DNA from: Dictyostelium discoideum
Taxonomy: Eukaryota
Length of the DNA stretch: 64,000 nt
Assembly (NCBI GenBank): GCA_000004695.1
Contig: CM000151.3
Coordinates: 4,960,001 to 5,024,000 of the forward strand
Direction: 5' to 3'
Position numbers and translations under genes: made by a program. This document shows positions 47,231 through 63,601 of this stretch, in pieces (positions within the stretch are counted from its first letter, which is position 1; each line of letters begins with the position of its first letter). The notes under the pieces were generated by a model. The model had not been told where the DNA came from. It made no database searches and worked only from the letters and a program-made list of their open reading frames with translations.

Positions 47231-49306
47231 TTATTTATCACCAAGTTTATTTTTATACTTAATAATTTCATCCATTGAATCTTTATGAATTCCTTCTAAA
47301 ATTTGTAATTGACTGGCACTGAGATACTCCAAACCCATGCCAAGTATTTCAGCAACTCCTAAACCTAACGCTTCTGCTTTCCTATTCTTATCATAGAGTG
47401 ATTCATTAAATTTTGAAAAATAATTTTCAATTTCATTCAATCTTATTACCAATTCTTTATATTTTAGTGATTGATCCAAGTAAATATTTGCCAACTCTGT
47501 ATACTCTTCTTTATATGATTTTTGAAAATTATTTTTATTTTTTTCAATTTGTTGTCTTTGCTGTTGTTGTTGTGGTTGTTGTGGTTGAGGTTGTGATTCA
47601 ACCATTGATGGGTTTATTATTGGAGTTGTATCTACATTTGTTGTTTTAAAGAGAGTTTCATCTTTTGATTCTATTTTTTCTTTGATAATATGATTTATAG
47701 GTTCTTTTGTGGTAGTGGTGTTGGTGTTGGTGTTGGTGTTGGTGTTGGTGTTGGTGTTGGTGTTGGTGTTGGTGTTGGTGTTGGTGTTGGTGTTGGTGTT
47801 GGTGTTGGTGTTGGTGTTGGTGTTGGTGTTGGTGGTGGTGGTTGTAGATGAAGTAGTAGATGAATCCATCTTTATATTTAATAAATTATTATTAATTTGA
47901 TTTTCAAACTCGTCACTATTATTATTATTTTTAAGTTGTTCTTTATTTTGATTTATAATTTCAGTTGTAGTTTTTTTCTTTGTTGAATCATGTTTTTGTT
48001 GTTGTTGATGCTGTTTTTGTTTTTGTTTATTATTTTTTAATTTTAATTTCTTTTCATTTAATAATAATTCCTGTAAATTTTTTTCAATTTCTTTTTCTTT
48101 TTTTAAAGTTTCATTTTGAAATAATTGTTGAACAGTTGTAAAAGATTTTAATGATCTAATAACATTTTTAAAATTTGGATATGCAAATAAAGTTTGATCT
48201 CTAAATTGTGTTGGTAATAATTGTGAAATATATGTCATTTGTGATAATTTTGATTTTAATGTTTGTAATTTTATTTGTAATTGTAAATCAGATGATATAT
48301 CATTATTGCTATTGCTATTAAATTGAGTTATCATTTTCTTAACAAAATCTAATGGTGATTGTAATTTTTTATTTAATGTATTAATTTCAGCACCATTATC
48401 TAATAATACTTTTACAGATTTATCGAAACCTAATTTTGCAGCAATGAATAAACAAGTTTCACCATCTTTATTCTTATGTTCTAATATCTCTTTTTTCTTT
48501 TTATATGTGGTGGTGGTGGCAGTAGTGGTATACTTTTTATTATCAATTAATGTACATAGAAATTGAATACATTCATATTGATTATGAAAAGCAGCGCAAG
48601 TGAAAACATTGAAACCATTATTATTTGAAACTAATAAATCTTCACCATAATGATATGTTAAACGTTCAATCATTGCACAATCACCATTCATTGCCGCGAA
48701 ATGTAATGGTGTATCACCATTTGAATTACGAAAACCTAAACAATTCTTTTCCGTGATTTCAATTAAATAATCCAATGAATTTAAATTACCATATAATGCT
48801 GCTGTCATTATTAAACTATATTTATTATTATTATTATCACCATTATCAAATAATAATTCCTTTGATGAGATATTTGTACTTTGTAAAAGTTGTTCTAATA
48901 TCTCTTTACAATTATTTGAAAATGCAATAGCAAATGGTATACCATGATTCAAATCACCAATTTCTAATAATTCTTTTAAAAATTCGCAATTCTCTTTTAT
49001 AATTTTTAATGATAATTGTGTATCACCACTAAAAAATAATAAACATGTTAAAAATTCTATATAACTTGATAATCCAAAGGAATTTAATAAATTATTATCA
49101 TCATTATTATTATTATAATTATTATTATTATTATTATTATTATTATTTTCTTGTTGTTGTTTTATTTTAATTATTATATTATTTATTATTAAATTTGAAA
49201 TTATATTAAAATCTATTGAAATGGGTTGGTTAATTTCTACATATCTCTTTAAGAATGTATCAAATTGTTGGTATGAATCAAATATTAAAGTGTGAAATGT
49301 ATCCAT
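47231..49306 (-). CDS. Ankyrin-repeat protein with a coiled-coil/Q-rich region and a (TN)n repeat (691 aa)
   Basis: The ankyrin repeats include DTPLHFAAMNGDCAMIERL, NGFNVFTCAAFHNQYECIQFL, and GETCLFIAAKLGFDKSVKVLLDNGAEIN. The N-terminus is poly-N, and the (TN)22 stretch comes from (GGTGTT)n. Confidence 0.7.
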   Translation of the reverse strand: MDTFHTLIFDSYQQFDTFLKRYVEINQPISIDFNIISNLIINNIIIKIKQQQENNNNNNNNNNYNNNNDDNNLLNSFGLSSYIEFLTCLLFFSGDTQLSLKIIKENCEFLKELLEIGDLNHGIPFAIAFSNNCKEILEQLLQSTNISSKELLFDNGDNNNNKYSLIMTAALYGNLNSLDYLIEITEKNCLGFRNSNGDTPLHFAAMNGDCAMIERLTYHYGEDLLVSNNNGFNVFTCAAFHNQYECIQFLCTLIDNKKYTTTATTTTYKKKKEILEHKNKDGETCLFIAAKLGFDKSVKVLLDNGAEINTLNKKLQSPLDFVKKMITQFNSNSNNDISSDLQLQIKLQTLKSKLSQMTYISQLLPTQFRDQTLFAYPNFKNVIRSLKSFTTVQQLFQNETLKKEKEIEKNLQELLLNEKKLKLKNNKQKQKQHQQQQKHDSTKKKTTTEIINQNKEQLKNNNNSDEFENQINNNLLNIKMDSSTTSSTTTTTNTNTNTNTNTNTNTNTNTNTNTNTNTNTNTNTNTNTNTTTTKEPINHIIKEKIESKDETLFKTTNVDTTPIINPSMVESQPQPQQPQQQQQRQQIEKNKNNFQKSYKEEYTELANIYLDQSLKYKELVIRLNEIENYFSKFNESLYDKNRKAEALGLGVAEILGMGLEYLSASQLQILEGIHKDSMDEIIKYKNKLGDK

Positions 49307-50082
49307 TGGAAGGGAAAAAACAAAATTAAAAAAAAAAAAAAAAATAAAATAAAATAAAATAAAAAAATAAAAAAAAAAAAAAAAAAAAAAAAAAATAAAA
49401 ATAAATTAGGAAATTTTTTTTTTTTTTTAATATTTTTTTATTTTATTAAGATTCTCCTATTGTTTATTTATTTTATTTTATTTCAAAAAAAAAAAATAAT
49501 TAATCCTCTTTATAAATAATATTTTTAACCATATCTTTGATAATTTAAGTTTAAAATATTTTATTTACTTTAACTCAAATTATCAAATGCACAATTAAAA
49601 ATATTATTTAAAAGATAATAACTATATTTTTATTTCCCTTAAATTAGAGTTTTTATTGTTTTTATTTAAAAAAAATTTATACACACACAACCCAAATATA
49701 TTAAATTTTACCTTTATTCGAATTTTGGGTACCAAATCTTTAAAAAAAAAAAAAAAAAATTAAAAAAAAAAATAAATAAAAAATAAATAAAAATAAATAA
49801 AAAAAAAATAAAAATAAATAAAAAATAAAAAATAAAAAAATAAAAAAATAAATAAAATAAAATAAAATTTTCAAATAAATTTAATTAAAAAAAAAAAAAA
49901 AAAAAAAAAAATTAAAAAAAAAAATATAAAAAAAAAAAAAAAAAAAAAAATTAAGGTAAATAATAGGTAAAAAAAAAAAAAAAAAGGGAAAATCGGTATA
50001 AAACAGCATCATACAAAGAAATAATATTGTTTAAACAACATAAAAATACATATACATATAAAAATAAAGAAATTTAAATTCA

Positions 50083-50254
<172 letters not shown>

Positions 50255-50278
50255 TAATATTAATAATAATAATAATAA

Positions 50279-50728
50279 ATGGGAACCGTTTTCAAACACT
50301 ATAGTGAACAAGATCTTAAACAACTTACAGAAATAGAGTTAAATAAATTATTAGAAAACGAAAATAAATTATTTACCAGTATAGGTTCAAATTTACATGA
50401 TAAAGGTGAAAAAATATTAAAACATATAGATTTAATTAATAATATAATAAAAGAAAAAAAACTAAATAATAATAGTAATAATAATATTTTAAATTTTAAT
50501 AAACAAACCAATAATAATTTAAATAGTAATAATTATTATAATAAAAATATGGAAAATAATGTTTTAAATTCCATGGGAGGGTTAAACTTACATGATAGAT
50601 CAAGTAATAATAATAATAATAATAATAATAATATTAATAATCAACATCACCATATCAAGCAATTATCAGTTGAAGAATCTTCACAAATTTTACAATCCAA
50701 TATTATAGATTCAAAAATTTCTTCATTG
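50279..50728 (+). CDS. Hypothetical N-rich protein, exon 1; GTAAGG donor at 50729
   Basis: MGTVFKHYSEQDLKQLTEIELNKLLENENKLF.. The exon ends ..ISSL. Confidence 0.5.
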
Positions 50729-50792
50729 GTAAGGTTTTTTTTTTTTATTTTTTTATTTTTTTTTATTTTTTTTTTTTTTTCCAAATAATGCG

Positions 50793-50828
<36 letters not shown>

Positions 50829-50853
50829 CTTAAAATTTTTGCACACATTTTAG

Positions 50854-51108
50854 GATAAAAAATTCAATGAATTTGGAGTTGATTCACCAAATTGTAATAG
50901 AAGAAGAAAGAATGAAAATAGTGATTCAAATATCTTAGAAGATGAAGAGTTAAATGATATCTTAGAAGATGAAGAGCATGATTATGTAAATCCTGATGAT
51001 ATCGATGATGAAGTTGATTCAATAGATCCATTCGATGATGAGCCATATGACCAAGGTTTTAATTATAAATTACATGATGAATTTCATTATTATGACGATG
51101 ATACATAA
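50854..51108 (+). CDS. Hypothetical protein, exon 2 (acidic C-terminus ..DIDDEVDSIDPFDDEPYDQGFNYKLHDEFHYYDDDT*)
   Basis: The AG acceptor is at 50852-50853, the exon is in frame, and the stop is at 51106-51108. Confidence 0.5.
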   Translation, partial: DKKFNEFGVDSPNCNRRRKNENSDSNILEDEELNDILEDEEHDYVNPDDIDDEVDSIDPFDDEPYDQGFNYKLHDEFHYYDDDT

Positions 51109-51391
51109 ATATTTGCAAGTTTCAATAATAATAAATAAAATATTAAAAATGTATAGAACTCAATCTCATTAAAAAAAAAAAAAATCCAAATAAAAATCGA
51201 ATTAAAACCTGTAAATATTCAAACTTTATTAATAAAACACCATAAAAACTTTTTTTGACTTTTTTGGTTCTGTTTTCACATTTAATTTTATTTTTTTATT
51301 TTTATTTTAAATTTTTTTTTTATTTTATTTTTTTTTTTTTGTTTTTTTAATTTTTTTTTTTTTAATTTTCAAAATTTTTGATGATTTTCAG

Positions 51392-51424
<33 letters not shown>

Positions 51425-51472
51425 CGAGATAAAATTAATAAATAAAAACATATATATATACATTATTTTAAA

Positions 51473-51779
51473 ATGACAAGTGCACAACCAAAAGCAGTTG
51501 ATGTTTCAACTATACCTGGATTTAAAAAATGGTATATTGTATATCCAAACCATATAAATAGTGAACTTACAAAAGAAAAAGGTAGAAAGGTATCAAAAGA
51601 GCATGGTGTCAAAAACCCAACATTACCAGAAATAGCAGAAGCAACAGCTCAATTGGGTTTACCTTGTATTATTGAAACGTCTAAAGGTTATCCAAAAGAA
51701 TTCTTTTTAAGAGGTAGACTTAGAATTAACTTTTTCTGTGATGGTACAACAATGCCAAGAAATCCTCATATTCCAAATA
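51473..51779 (+). CDS. srp19: Signal recognition particle 19 kDa protein (SRP19), exon 1
   Basis: WYIVYPNHINSELTKEKGRKVSKEHGVKNPTLPEIAEATAQLGLPCIIETSKGYPKEFFLRGRLRINF matches the SRP19 core (YPaYln...GRRip...v.NPt..EI......GL......K.Y.R.....GRvRV). The GTATGT donor is at 51780. Confidence 0.8.
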
Positions 51780-51961
51780 GTATGTAAAAAAAAACAACAT
51801 ATAAATAATAAATTTAATAAATAATAATATAATAATATAATATAATAAATAATAAATAATTAACAAAATAAATAATAAATAATAAATATAATGTGGAATA
51901 TTTAAATATTTAACCTATTATTATTTTATTTATTTTTTTTTTTTTTAAAAAAAAAAAAAAG

Positions 51962-52191
51962 AAACTGTATTATTAGTTAAAATAGCAGAAAGAATTAAAT
52001 TAATAAATCCAAATAGACCAGAACCATTTAATCCAATATCAATGTTAGCACCAATTCAAGCAGTTTCACAAAAAGAGAAAAAACCAGCACCACAACCAAC
52101 TACAACTACAACTACAACAACTACACCATCATCATCATCTTCTTCTTCTTCTAAAGGTGGAAAGAAAAAGAAGAATGTGAATGTAATTTAA
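51962..52191 (+). CDS. srp19: SRP19, exon 2 ((K)TVLLVKIAERIKLINPNRP... Thr/Ser-rich lysine tail)
   Basis: The AG acceptor is at 51960-51961, phase 1 completes a Lys codon, and the stop is at 52189-52191. Confidence 0.7.
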
Positions 52192-52673
52192 AAAAAAAAA
52201 AAAACATATAATAGGAAATAAAAATAAATTATAATTTTTTATAAAATAAAGGAAACGCAACATAGGATGGTTCTATAATTTCTTTAAAAAAAAAAAAAAA
52301 AAAACAGAACTAAATAAGGGGTTGTGTTTATATTTTGTTTTCTTTTTTTTTTTTTTTTTTTTTTATAGGAATTACATTCACATTTGATAGTATTATAGTT
52401 TTTGAATTTAAACAGATCCTAAACCCAGATAAACAATATTTTCTTTATTTTTTTTTTTTAAAAACCACATTTACCAAATACATCATTTTTCTTAGAAAAA
52501 TTGGAATTATAAAAATTCTTTAATTTTTTAATTTTTTAAATTTTTTTTGGGCGGGTTGTTTTTTTTTTTTTTTTTTTTTTTTATTTATCGTATAACATAA
52601 ACAAATACATTGTACATATAATCTTTTAAAAATTGTTTTGTATATAAAAAAAAAAAAAAAAAATTGTATATAA

Positions 52674-53702
52674 ATGACAACATCAATATCAAGTATAATA
52701 GTAGAGCAATTTAAACATAGTTCTAAAATAAATGTTCATAAAGATAGTAATATTTCAGCATATAGTAGTATATTTTTCGAATTTAACAAATTAATAAATA
52801 GCCAAAAAGAAACAGATACATTTTATCAATGTTTTTTATCACCATTAAAAATATACTTAATTACAACTTCAAATGATTCAATTAATAATGTTTCAAAGTT
52901 TTTATCTAAATTTTTAATTTATTTAAATACTCCTGCAACTCCATCAAATACAACAACAACAACAACAACAACACCTAATAATAATAATGAAAATAAAAAA
53001 TTAAATGAATTTAATCAAAAAAAGTTACAAATTTATGATTCAATAATAACATTTTTATCACAAGTTTTAGAATCAAAAGAATCTATTGTTAGAATTAGAT
53101 CATTACAAATACTGAATCATTTCATAAATGACATAAACTTTGATATCAATTTAATAAATAATAGATTAATTAATCAAATAATATCAAGATATCAAGATAA
53201 AAATTCAAATGTTAGATTAATAATTTCAAATTTATTAATAAAATTAACAAATATATATATTATGATTTATAATAATAATAAAAATAAAAATAATAGTAAT
53301 AATAAAATATCACCAACAAAATTACAAGAAGAAAAACAAAAACAACAAGAGGTTAAAGTTATTATTCAAACATTAATTGATTGTTTATTGATTATGTTAG
53401 AGAATGATTTAATATGGAATGTTAGATTAAATATTTTAAAGTGTTTATCACAATTCAAGAATCAATTAGGTAAAGAAGAGTATTTAAATATTATTTTAAC
53501 AAGAACAAAAGATGTTAAAGAGAATATTAGATTGGAGGCATTATCAATATTATCAAATAGTTTTCAGTTTGATAGTTTATCAAGAGATCAAATTTTAATG
53601 ATATTAAATTCAAGTTTTAAAGATCCAAATGAAAAAGTGGCTGAATTTGCTGGTAAAATGTTTTGTAAATGGTTTTCATTTATGCAACAAGAACAACAAA
53701 CC

Positions 53703-53772
<70 letters not shown>

Positions 53773-54734
53773 GTAATGATAAAATGATGATGTTCAATGA
53801 TAATCAAGGGGATGATGATGATGATGATGAAAATTGGATTTATAGATTTTTAGAATTTATTGGTGTAGGTGATGAAAATAGTGAAATATTATCAACTGTA
53901 TTATTATCATTATTCAAACAAGCAAACATCAAAGAGTTTTCATTGAATGATATTAGAGAGTTAACATTAGAGCAATCATTTCATTGTAAACTATCATTTC
54001 AATATTTAAAATCTTTAAAAACTTTAGAAGCCAATGAAAAGATTGATTCTTTATTACCAACACTAACCGAATATAGAGATATACTATTCAATCATTTGAA
54101 TTCCGATGTATTCACTCTCATTCAATTATTAAAACTATTAGAATATTTTGACCTTTCATATGATGAAGTAGGTCGTTCAAATATTTCAGTGTTTCTACGT
54201 GAATTATTAAAAGCAGTTCAATTAGATGATGATGATGACGATGATAACGAAGATGCCAATGAAGAACAATTTAATAGCAATAACCAACAAAGTAGATTAT
54301 TAATTGATCAAACATTACAATGTCTTTCATTACTTCATAGAGTTGAAAGAGATTTCATTGTATTTATTGTTGAAATAATATCAGATTTTATTGAACCATT
54401 GGAAGAGGATCAAGAAATTGTTGAAAAACAAAATAAAATCGATATATTATCAAAAGCATTTGCAAAGATTGAAAAGAAACAACCAATTGAAGCTGAAAAG
54501 ATTAAAGGAGCAATTAAAACTTTGGAAAAACAAATTAATGATAAACAAACCGATACAATTAAAAAATGTTCAATCATTACTCATTTCCTTTTATTAAATG
54601 CTAAAAAATGTTCAAACTCTCCAGAAATTGATGGACTTTTAGAATTGGTTATATTACCATCGATTCAACATCCTTTACCAGAATTACGTAGTATTGGTAT
54701 TAAAAATCTTGGTATATTTTGTTTACATAGAAAA
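52674..54734 (+). CDS. HEAT/ARM-repeat protein resembling condensin complex subunit 3 (CAP-G/Ycg1), exon 1
   Basis: The repeated modules are IRSLQILNHFINDI.., NSNVRLIISNLLIKL.., NVRLNILKCLSQF.., IRLEALSILSNSF.., and PNEKVAEFAGKMFCKWFS. The GTAAGT donor is at 54735. Confidence 0.5.
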
Positions 54735-54838
54735 GTAAGTCTTTATAATAATCATAATCATAACAAATTAAAAAGGTATATTTTTTATTAATACATTTTT
54801 TTTTTATTATTATCGTCATTATTATTTTTACAATATAG

Positions 54839-55090
54839 AAAGAAGCATTAAAATATTTAAAATTATTTGAAAAAATCATTGAAAATGATATTGAATATGT
54901 TGCAATAACATGTTTAAAGGTTATTTTCGATATTTTATTAGTATTTGGCTCACCAAATAAAATACCAAAAGAAACAGAGTCACTTTATAAAATGATTAGA
55001 AAAACTTTTACAAATTTTAATGAAAAAACAATAGGTAGCAATATTAATAATAATAATATCAATAATAATAATAATATGAATAATAATATA

Positions 55091-55186
<96 letters not shown>

Positions 55187-56758
55187 CAAGGTAGAAATAA
55201 TAATTTAGAGATTAGAGAAATTTCAATTCAAGGTTTTGTTAAACTTTTATATGCTGGTATTGTTTATGATCAAAAGATTTTAAAGTTTTTATTATTGGAA
55301 TTATTTTCATCATCAACCATTGAATTAATAGAGTTAAGAAAATGTTTACAACTATTCTTTGAAGCCTATGTTTCCGATATTTTAGATAACAAAAAGTTAT
55401 TATTTGATTGTATAATGGACTGTTTTCAATCAATTTGTAATTCAGCCTCTTTTCATTCACCTTATTCAACAATTAATTTAATTGATTTTGGTAAATTTGT
55501 TTTATCTTTAATTGATAGACCAATGAAGAAATCATTATATTCAGATTCATTAATTATAAATTATAATGATTATCAAGATCAAAATCAAAATCAAAATATT
55601 AGTAGTCTTGATAATGAAGAAATTAATAATCAATTTAATCAAGGATTTTCAGAATTTAAAGTTTCAGATTGTCACCCAAAATTAGCATTATCAATTTGTA
55701 TTGAATTGATTTCAAGTTTTAGAGGTCATTCAAAAGAATTGGTTAAATTACTCCCATTGTTCAAATTTGATCCAACTATTCATCAAGATTTATTAGAGAA
55801 AATTTATGATCAATTAGAAATTTTACTCAGTTATTATACTGATCCAATTTTAGAGAAATTTCATCAATCTATAATTAAATTATTATCAAAAGAATTTTTA
55901 GATCAAAAATCACAATCACAACAACAACAACAATCATCTCATCAATCAAAAATTAAAAAAGATGCAACTTCAAATTTAAATAGCTTTTTAATTGATTGTA
56001 ATACTAATTTAACAAAATCTCAAAAACAAAAACAAAAATTACAATTATTTAATACTCCAATGAAAAAATATATGAAATTAAATAATATTGATAATAATAA
56101 TAATAATAATAATAAAAATAATAATAATAAGAGTGATAGTACATTAAAACATAATCTTTTAGATAATATTTCAAAATCAAATAAGGAAGGTGTTAAACCT
56201 TTATTAGTCGATTATTTTAAACAACAAAAGAGTTTATTCAAAGGTGAAGGGATTTTAGATACTACATCATCAAACAGACCAAAGAAAAAGAAAACTAAAC
56301 CATCAACAACCACTGTAAATATTGAAAACCATGATGAAAATTCTTTGTCTTCAACTCAATTCTTTTATCCTTTCCTTCATAAAAAAAGTGATATCTCTTC
56401 ACCTGTAAATGAAACCACCACCACCACCACCACCACAACAACAACAACGTCCTCTTCTTTATCAACTCCTGTATCATCTGATTCAGAAACAAGTAGTAAT
56501 AGTAGTGGAGAATCAAAACACTCCAAACAAATATTAATCAAAGAAGTTTCAAATCTTGAAGAAAAATTAAAAGTAACAAATTTAAAACCTCACTCCACCG
56601 CTTTATTACTACAAAATCAAGAAACTACCACTACTGGTAAAAAAATAAATTCAATCTTAAAAAAAAGATGTATTTCTATCAGTAAAGAAAATGAAGATAC
56701 TAAAACCAAAAAAGTTAGATTCCTCAATTTTGGTTCTATCGATAAAAACCAAGTTTAG
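54839..56758 (+). CDS. Condensin CAP-G-like HEAT protein, exon 2 (total ~1327 aa, N/Q-rich inserts)
   Basis: The AG acceptor is at 54837-54838. It starts KEALKYLKLFEKIIENDIEYVAITCLKVIFDILLVFGSP... and is continuous with ORF 54992..56758. Confidence 0.5.
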
Positions 56759-57001
56759 AATAAAATTTTTTTTTCTTAATAAAACAATAAGGTTTTTTTT
56801 TTTTTTTTAAAAGAATTTACAGTTTTATTATTATATATTTATTATTTTTTATCTTTACAGTAGAACTTCAATTTTTTTTTTTTTTGTTTTTTTTTTTTTT
56901 TGGAAAATATTGGAAAAAAAAAAAATAAAAAAAAGAGTTTCTAGAAAAACTAGTAAAAATGTTTTATATTTAATTATTTTATATTTGATTTTAATTATAT
57001 A

Positions 57002-59830
<2,829 letters not shown>

Positions 59831-59915
59831 TGTTTTGTTATTTATATTTTATATTTTATATTTTATATTTTATATTTTATATAAAATATTTTATATTTTA
59901 TATTTTATATTTTGA
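59831..59915. repeat. (ATATTTT)n ~12 copies with a central perfect 12-bp palindrome TTTTATATAAAA, in the 5' flank of the homeobox gene
   Basis: ttatattttatattttatattttatattttatATAAAAtattttatattttatattttatatttt. Confidence 0.7.
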
Positions 59916-61083
59916 TGAATTATTTTTTTTTTTTTTTTTTTTTTGTTTTATATTTGTGATTTGGAATTTATAATTTTATTTGCGTGTTTTTTTAAAAATC
60001 TGATTTTGAAATAAATAATTAAATAAATAAATACATATACATAAATAAAAAAATAAATTTAAATAAATAAAGTTAATAATTTTAGTAAAAAAAAAATTCT
60101 ATTTTTATAAAGGAAAAAAAAAAATTAAAAAAAAAAAATTAAAAAATAAAAATAATTTATTAATAGAAAAAAAAAAAATAATAATAATAAAGATTATTAT
60201 AACATTTAGGTTTTTGAATATGACAAAAATAACATAAAGGTATATATAAAACTCCAATGGGCAAAGAAAAATAAAAAAAAATAAAAATTAAATAAAAAAA
60301 AAAAGAAAAAGAAAACTTGGGTGGGTGGTAATAATGTTAATTATAGACTTTTGATGGTTTTACAAATAATTGTTCTTTTTTTAGAATTTTATGTGAAATT
60401 ATATATCTTGGTTTTTAGTGAACATTTAATCCAATTAACACTGTGATAAACACATGACGCACTGAATAACGCCAACACATTTTCAACTACAAAAAAAATA
60501 ATTCCAAGATTTATTAACAAAATAAATGGGGTTATGGATATTTAAAATGTTAAATATAGTTTTTTTTTTTTGATTTCTAAAAAAATCCCCACACTTTTTT
60601 TAAATCTAATTTCTTTTATTAAAGAGAATTGTTTTTTTTTTTTTTTAACACCACAAAAAAATAAAAAATAAAAAAAATAAAAAAAGTAAATTATTTTTAA
60701 ACAAACAAAAATATCCCACCTAAGATATATAAAAACTTTTTTTTTTTTTTGTGAAAATTGAATTGTGTGAATTTAAAAATAATTTTGTAAATTGATGACC
60801 AAAATAATTGAAAAAAAAAATTTTTAAAAAAAAAAAACAAAATGGTTTGTGATGTTTTAGATATACAAAATTTGGTGAATTTAAAAAAAAAAAAAATAAA
60901 AAATAAAAAAAATAAATTAAGTGAAGAAAATCAACAATTTACATTTTTTTTTTTTTTTTCGAAAACTGATTTTTTTTTTTTTTTTTTTTTGAAATGTGAA
61001 GGGAATAAAATAATAATAGTATTAAAAAAATGAAAAGACATTTACAATTTTTTTTTTTTTTGTTTTGAAATAATAATTATATT

Positions 61084-61118
<35 letters not shown>

Positions 61119-62112
61119 TTTTAAACATTTATAAATTTGTACAAATATAAAATCAAAAAAAAAAAAAATGAATAGAAAAACTGAAAAAAAAAAAATAAAA
61201 AAAAAAATCAAACCCACATCACACCAAAAAATTTCATTGGATTTATTATTTTTGAATTTTTATTTTAAAAATGAAAAAAAAAAATTTAAAAAAATTAAAA
61301 AATTTCCTAGATTTGCAAGAAAGGCAAAAAAAAAAACAATGTGTTATATAAAAAAGAAAAAAAAAGAAAAAAAAAGAAAATAAAAGAAAAAAAAAAAAAA
61401 ACATGCAAATGGGCAACAGTTAATTTTTCTTTTTCCTTGGCACTTTTCATTTTTGGGTTCTTTTTTTTTTTTTTTTTTTTATTTTCTTTTTTTATTTTTT
61501 TAAAATAAAATTTTTTAATTTTTTAAAGCACAATATAGAATTTATACACTTTAAAATGGTATTTTAAGTTATTGATTGACTTAATTTTTTAAAAAAAAAA
61601 TAAAATAAATAAAAAAAACAATGACTATATTTACAATTTTTGTGTTTGATTTTGATTACTTTTTTTTTTTTTTATTTATTTTTTTTTTAAAAAAAAAAAA
61701 AAATTATTATTATTTGTTAAATATTGATACAATATGGTACAGGTGTTATATAATAAATACAATTATTAGGAATAAATAATGTGTTTAAGGTTTTTTTTTT
61801 TTTTTTTATAAAAAATATTTTTTTTTCTTTTTGTTTTTTTTTTATTTTTTTTCTTTATTTTTTTTTATTTTCAATTTAATGGGAATGTTTTGGATCACAA
61901 AAAAGAGATTTAATTGAAAAAAAAAAAAAATTTATCGATAAATTTAAAAAAAAATATCAAAATAGGAAAAAAAAGCTCTTCAATGTGTGTGAAGATCTAA
62001 TTATATTATTGTTATATATTATTATTAATTTATCATATAACGAACAAATCACATCCATGTGTGTGGGTTTTTTATTATTATTATTATTATTTTTTTTTTT
62101 TTATTTTTATTT

Positions 62113-62144
<32 letters not shown>

Positions 62145-63555
62145 TTTTTTTTTGAATGAGATATAGAGTGAGTGAGTTAGTGGGTGGGTGAGTAAGTGGT
62201 ATTTAATTTAAACATTTTCCACATTAATAAACCCCATTGGAATTTTAAGTCACCCACCCTTGTTTAACAATAATAACACCATCATCACAACTAATAACAA
62301 CAAAAAATAAATGTTTTTAAAAGAATAAACAATTGTTTTTTTTTATTATTATTTTTTTTTTTTTATTATTTTTTTTTATTAAAATTTTTTTTTTTTCCAA
62401 GAGTGTGAATATAAATAATATTGTGTGGAGAGAGAAAAAGAGAGAGAGAGTCATAATGTGTTGAGTAATGGCACCACATTAATGAAAAAAAAAACCTAAT
62501 GGTTTCTATAGAAAACAAAAAATTTTATTGGTAATCAAAACAAAAAAAAATATAAAAAAAAAAAAAAAATATAATAATAATAATAAAAAATAATAAATCA
62601 AGATTTAAATTTGATTTTTTTATTTGAAACTGACTCCATAATGAACCATATTTCACATTATTTTAATGAGTACATTAACTGAATGATTTCATTAAAAATT
62701 AATAAAAATATATATTTATTATATTTATTAATTATTTAATAATTGAATTAAAAAAAAAATATATAAAAAAAAATTAAAAAATAAATAAATAAATAAATAA
62801 TAATAAAAAATTAACACATTATTTGTTTTGATTGGCAATGAGATATTTAAATTTATGCCAGTTATGTGAGATGAAAAATAATAAAAATAAAAAAAATAAT
62901 AAAAATAATAAAAATAAAAAAATAAATATACTCTGATATTTTTATTATTGGATATAAACATTAAACGAGTTTAAATAAAAATAATACATTATAATAAAAT
63001 AAAAAAAAATAAAAAAAAATAAAAATGACAATAAAAAAAAAAAAATCTGTTATTTACTTTATTGTTATTTTTTTATTTTATTTTATTTTTTTTTTTAAAA
63101 ATAAAAATTAATAAAAAAAAGATTTAATATGATTATACAATTATTTAAATAAAATTAGAATTAAGAAAATAAATAGATTTGATTTGGTATTGATTTGATT
63201 TGATTTGATTTGTTTTTTTTTTTTTTTTTTTTTTCTTAAATAAAAAATTATATTGGCACTATTATTTTTATTATTATTTTTATTATTTTTTTTTTTAAAA
63301 AAAAAAATAATTTTAAAAATAAACAAAATAATTAAAAAATAAAATTTGTGTGTACCATTATTATGGTCAATCTACCTAAAAATACACATACCAATATTTT
63401 CATTTAAAACGTACAAACTTGGATTAAGAAAATATTGAATCTGTGTTTGTTACATCTAGTAGAACAATAAAAAAAGTAATTATGATATAGTGTGTATTTG
63501 AATGACAATTTGGAGAATATTGATGAATATGTATTATTTGAAAAAAGAAAAATTA

Positions 63556-63601
<46 letters not shown>

